A stretch of 63,157 bases of DNA, the filler included, from Octopus bimaculoides (lineage: Eukaryota): NCBI RefSeq assembly GCF_001194135.2. It is 6 parts of 6 records of this genome, joined end to end, with 100 filler letters (N's around TTAATTAATTAA, not from the genome) between each part and the next. Parts side by side here need not be neighbours in the genome. Positions count along the whole stretch, not along the records: positions 61,074 to 63,157 come from NC_068981.1; 5 more parts are not named here. One strand, 5' to 3'. A program made the translations under genes and the position numbers. Below the pieces are notes generated by a model. It was not told the DNA's origin and made no database searches. It saw only the letters and a list, made by a program, of their open reading frames with translations. The number at the start of each line of letters is the position of its first letter. Position 1 is the first letter of the stretch. This document shows positions 62,725 to 63,157 of the stretch, piece by piece.

Positions 62725-63125
62725 GTGTAAGTATGTTTTCATGAGCATATATATACATATGTGTATGTACATTTGTGTGTGAATTTTTTATATTTATTAT
62801 TGTGTTCTTTAATTTCTTTTCTTTATTCATCAATTCACTCTTATGTTAAGGTTGCTCTTAATGGACAGATAAGTGGAAATATGTCACTTTCGTTCCTCAA
62901 GAGTTATGCCATGTGATATCCCTTAATGCCAAGAGAGAAACAGACGTTTGAAAACAATAACAAAACAAAACTTACCTCCTTGACTTAGAAGTTTTAATAT
63001 TCCCTAAGTACGCTGATCTTTTCTAACCTAAACTTAAATTTAATATGAATCAAATTAAGAATTCTAAACTAAAAAAAACTAATATTTTCGCCAACACTAA
63101 AGAATATATGCATATATATACATAC

Positions 63126-63157
<32 letters not shown>

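Noticed and set aside
9044-62833. Long ORFs in the supplied track containing X runs or YIYI/CVCV/THTH/ERER text
   Set aside because: They are open only because N gaps and microsatellites lack stop codons.
62975-63030. Possible minus-strand micro-exon with donor GAG|GTAAGT
   Set aside because: The acceptor is weak and only one short frame is open, so there is not enough support.

Overview
Eukaryotic, AT-rich, microsatellite-laden, gappy genomic DNA, most likely from an octopus. That assignment is an inference from the style of the C2H2 zinc-finger gene and the SINE families, not from a database search. Only two cellular genes are well supported: a single-exon 14-finger C2H2 zinc-finger ORF (3580-4824, +) and the first coding exon of a secreted Reeler-domain protein (12411-12636, +), whose later exons are not visible. 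One possible minus-strand exon lies at 21595-21729. The rest is transposon debris: three tRNA-type SINE families (about 30 copies or fragments), mariner, Tc1-like and hAT remnants, MITEs, RTE, R4/Dong-like, HERO-like and Penelope-like retroelements, minisatellites and N gaps. The main hidden signal is a set of about nine hammerhead-ribozyme-shaped motifs, parsed by hand, mostly of the minimal palindromic stem III type known from Penelope-like elements. Four have a canonical CUGANGA core. Others carry core variants (U3/A8, C4, U6, extra base after A9), and some sit in inverted foldback pairs or are nested inside SINE microsatellites. Nearly all long ORFs in the supplied track are artefacts of N runs or simple repeats.
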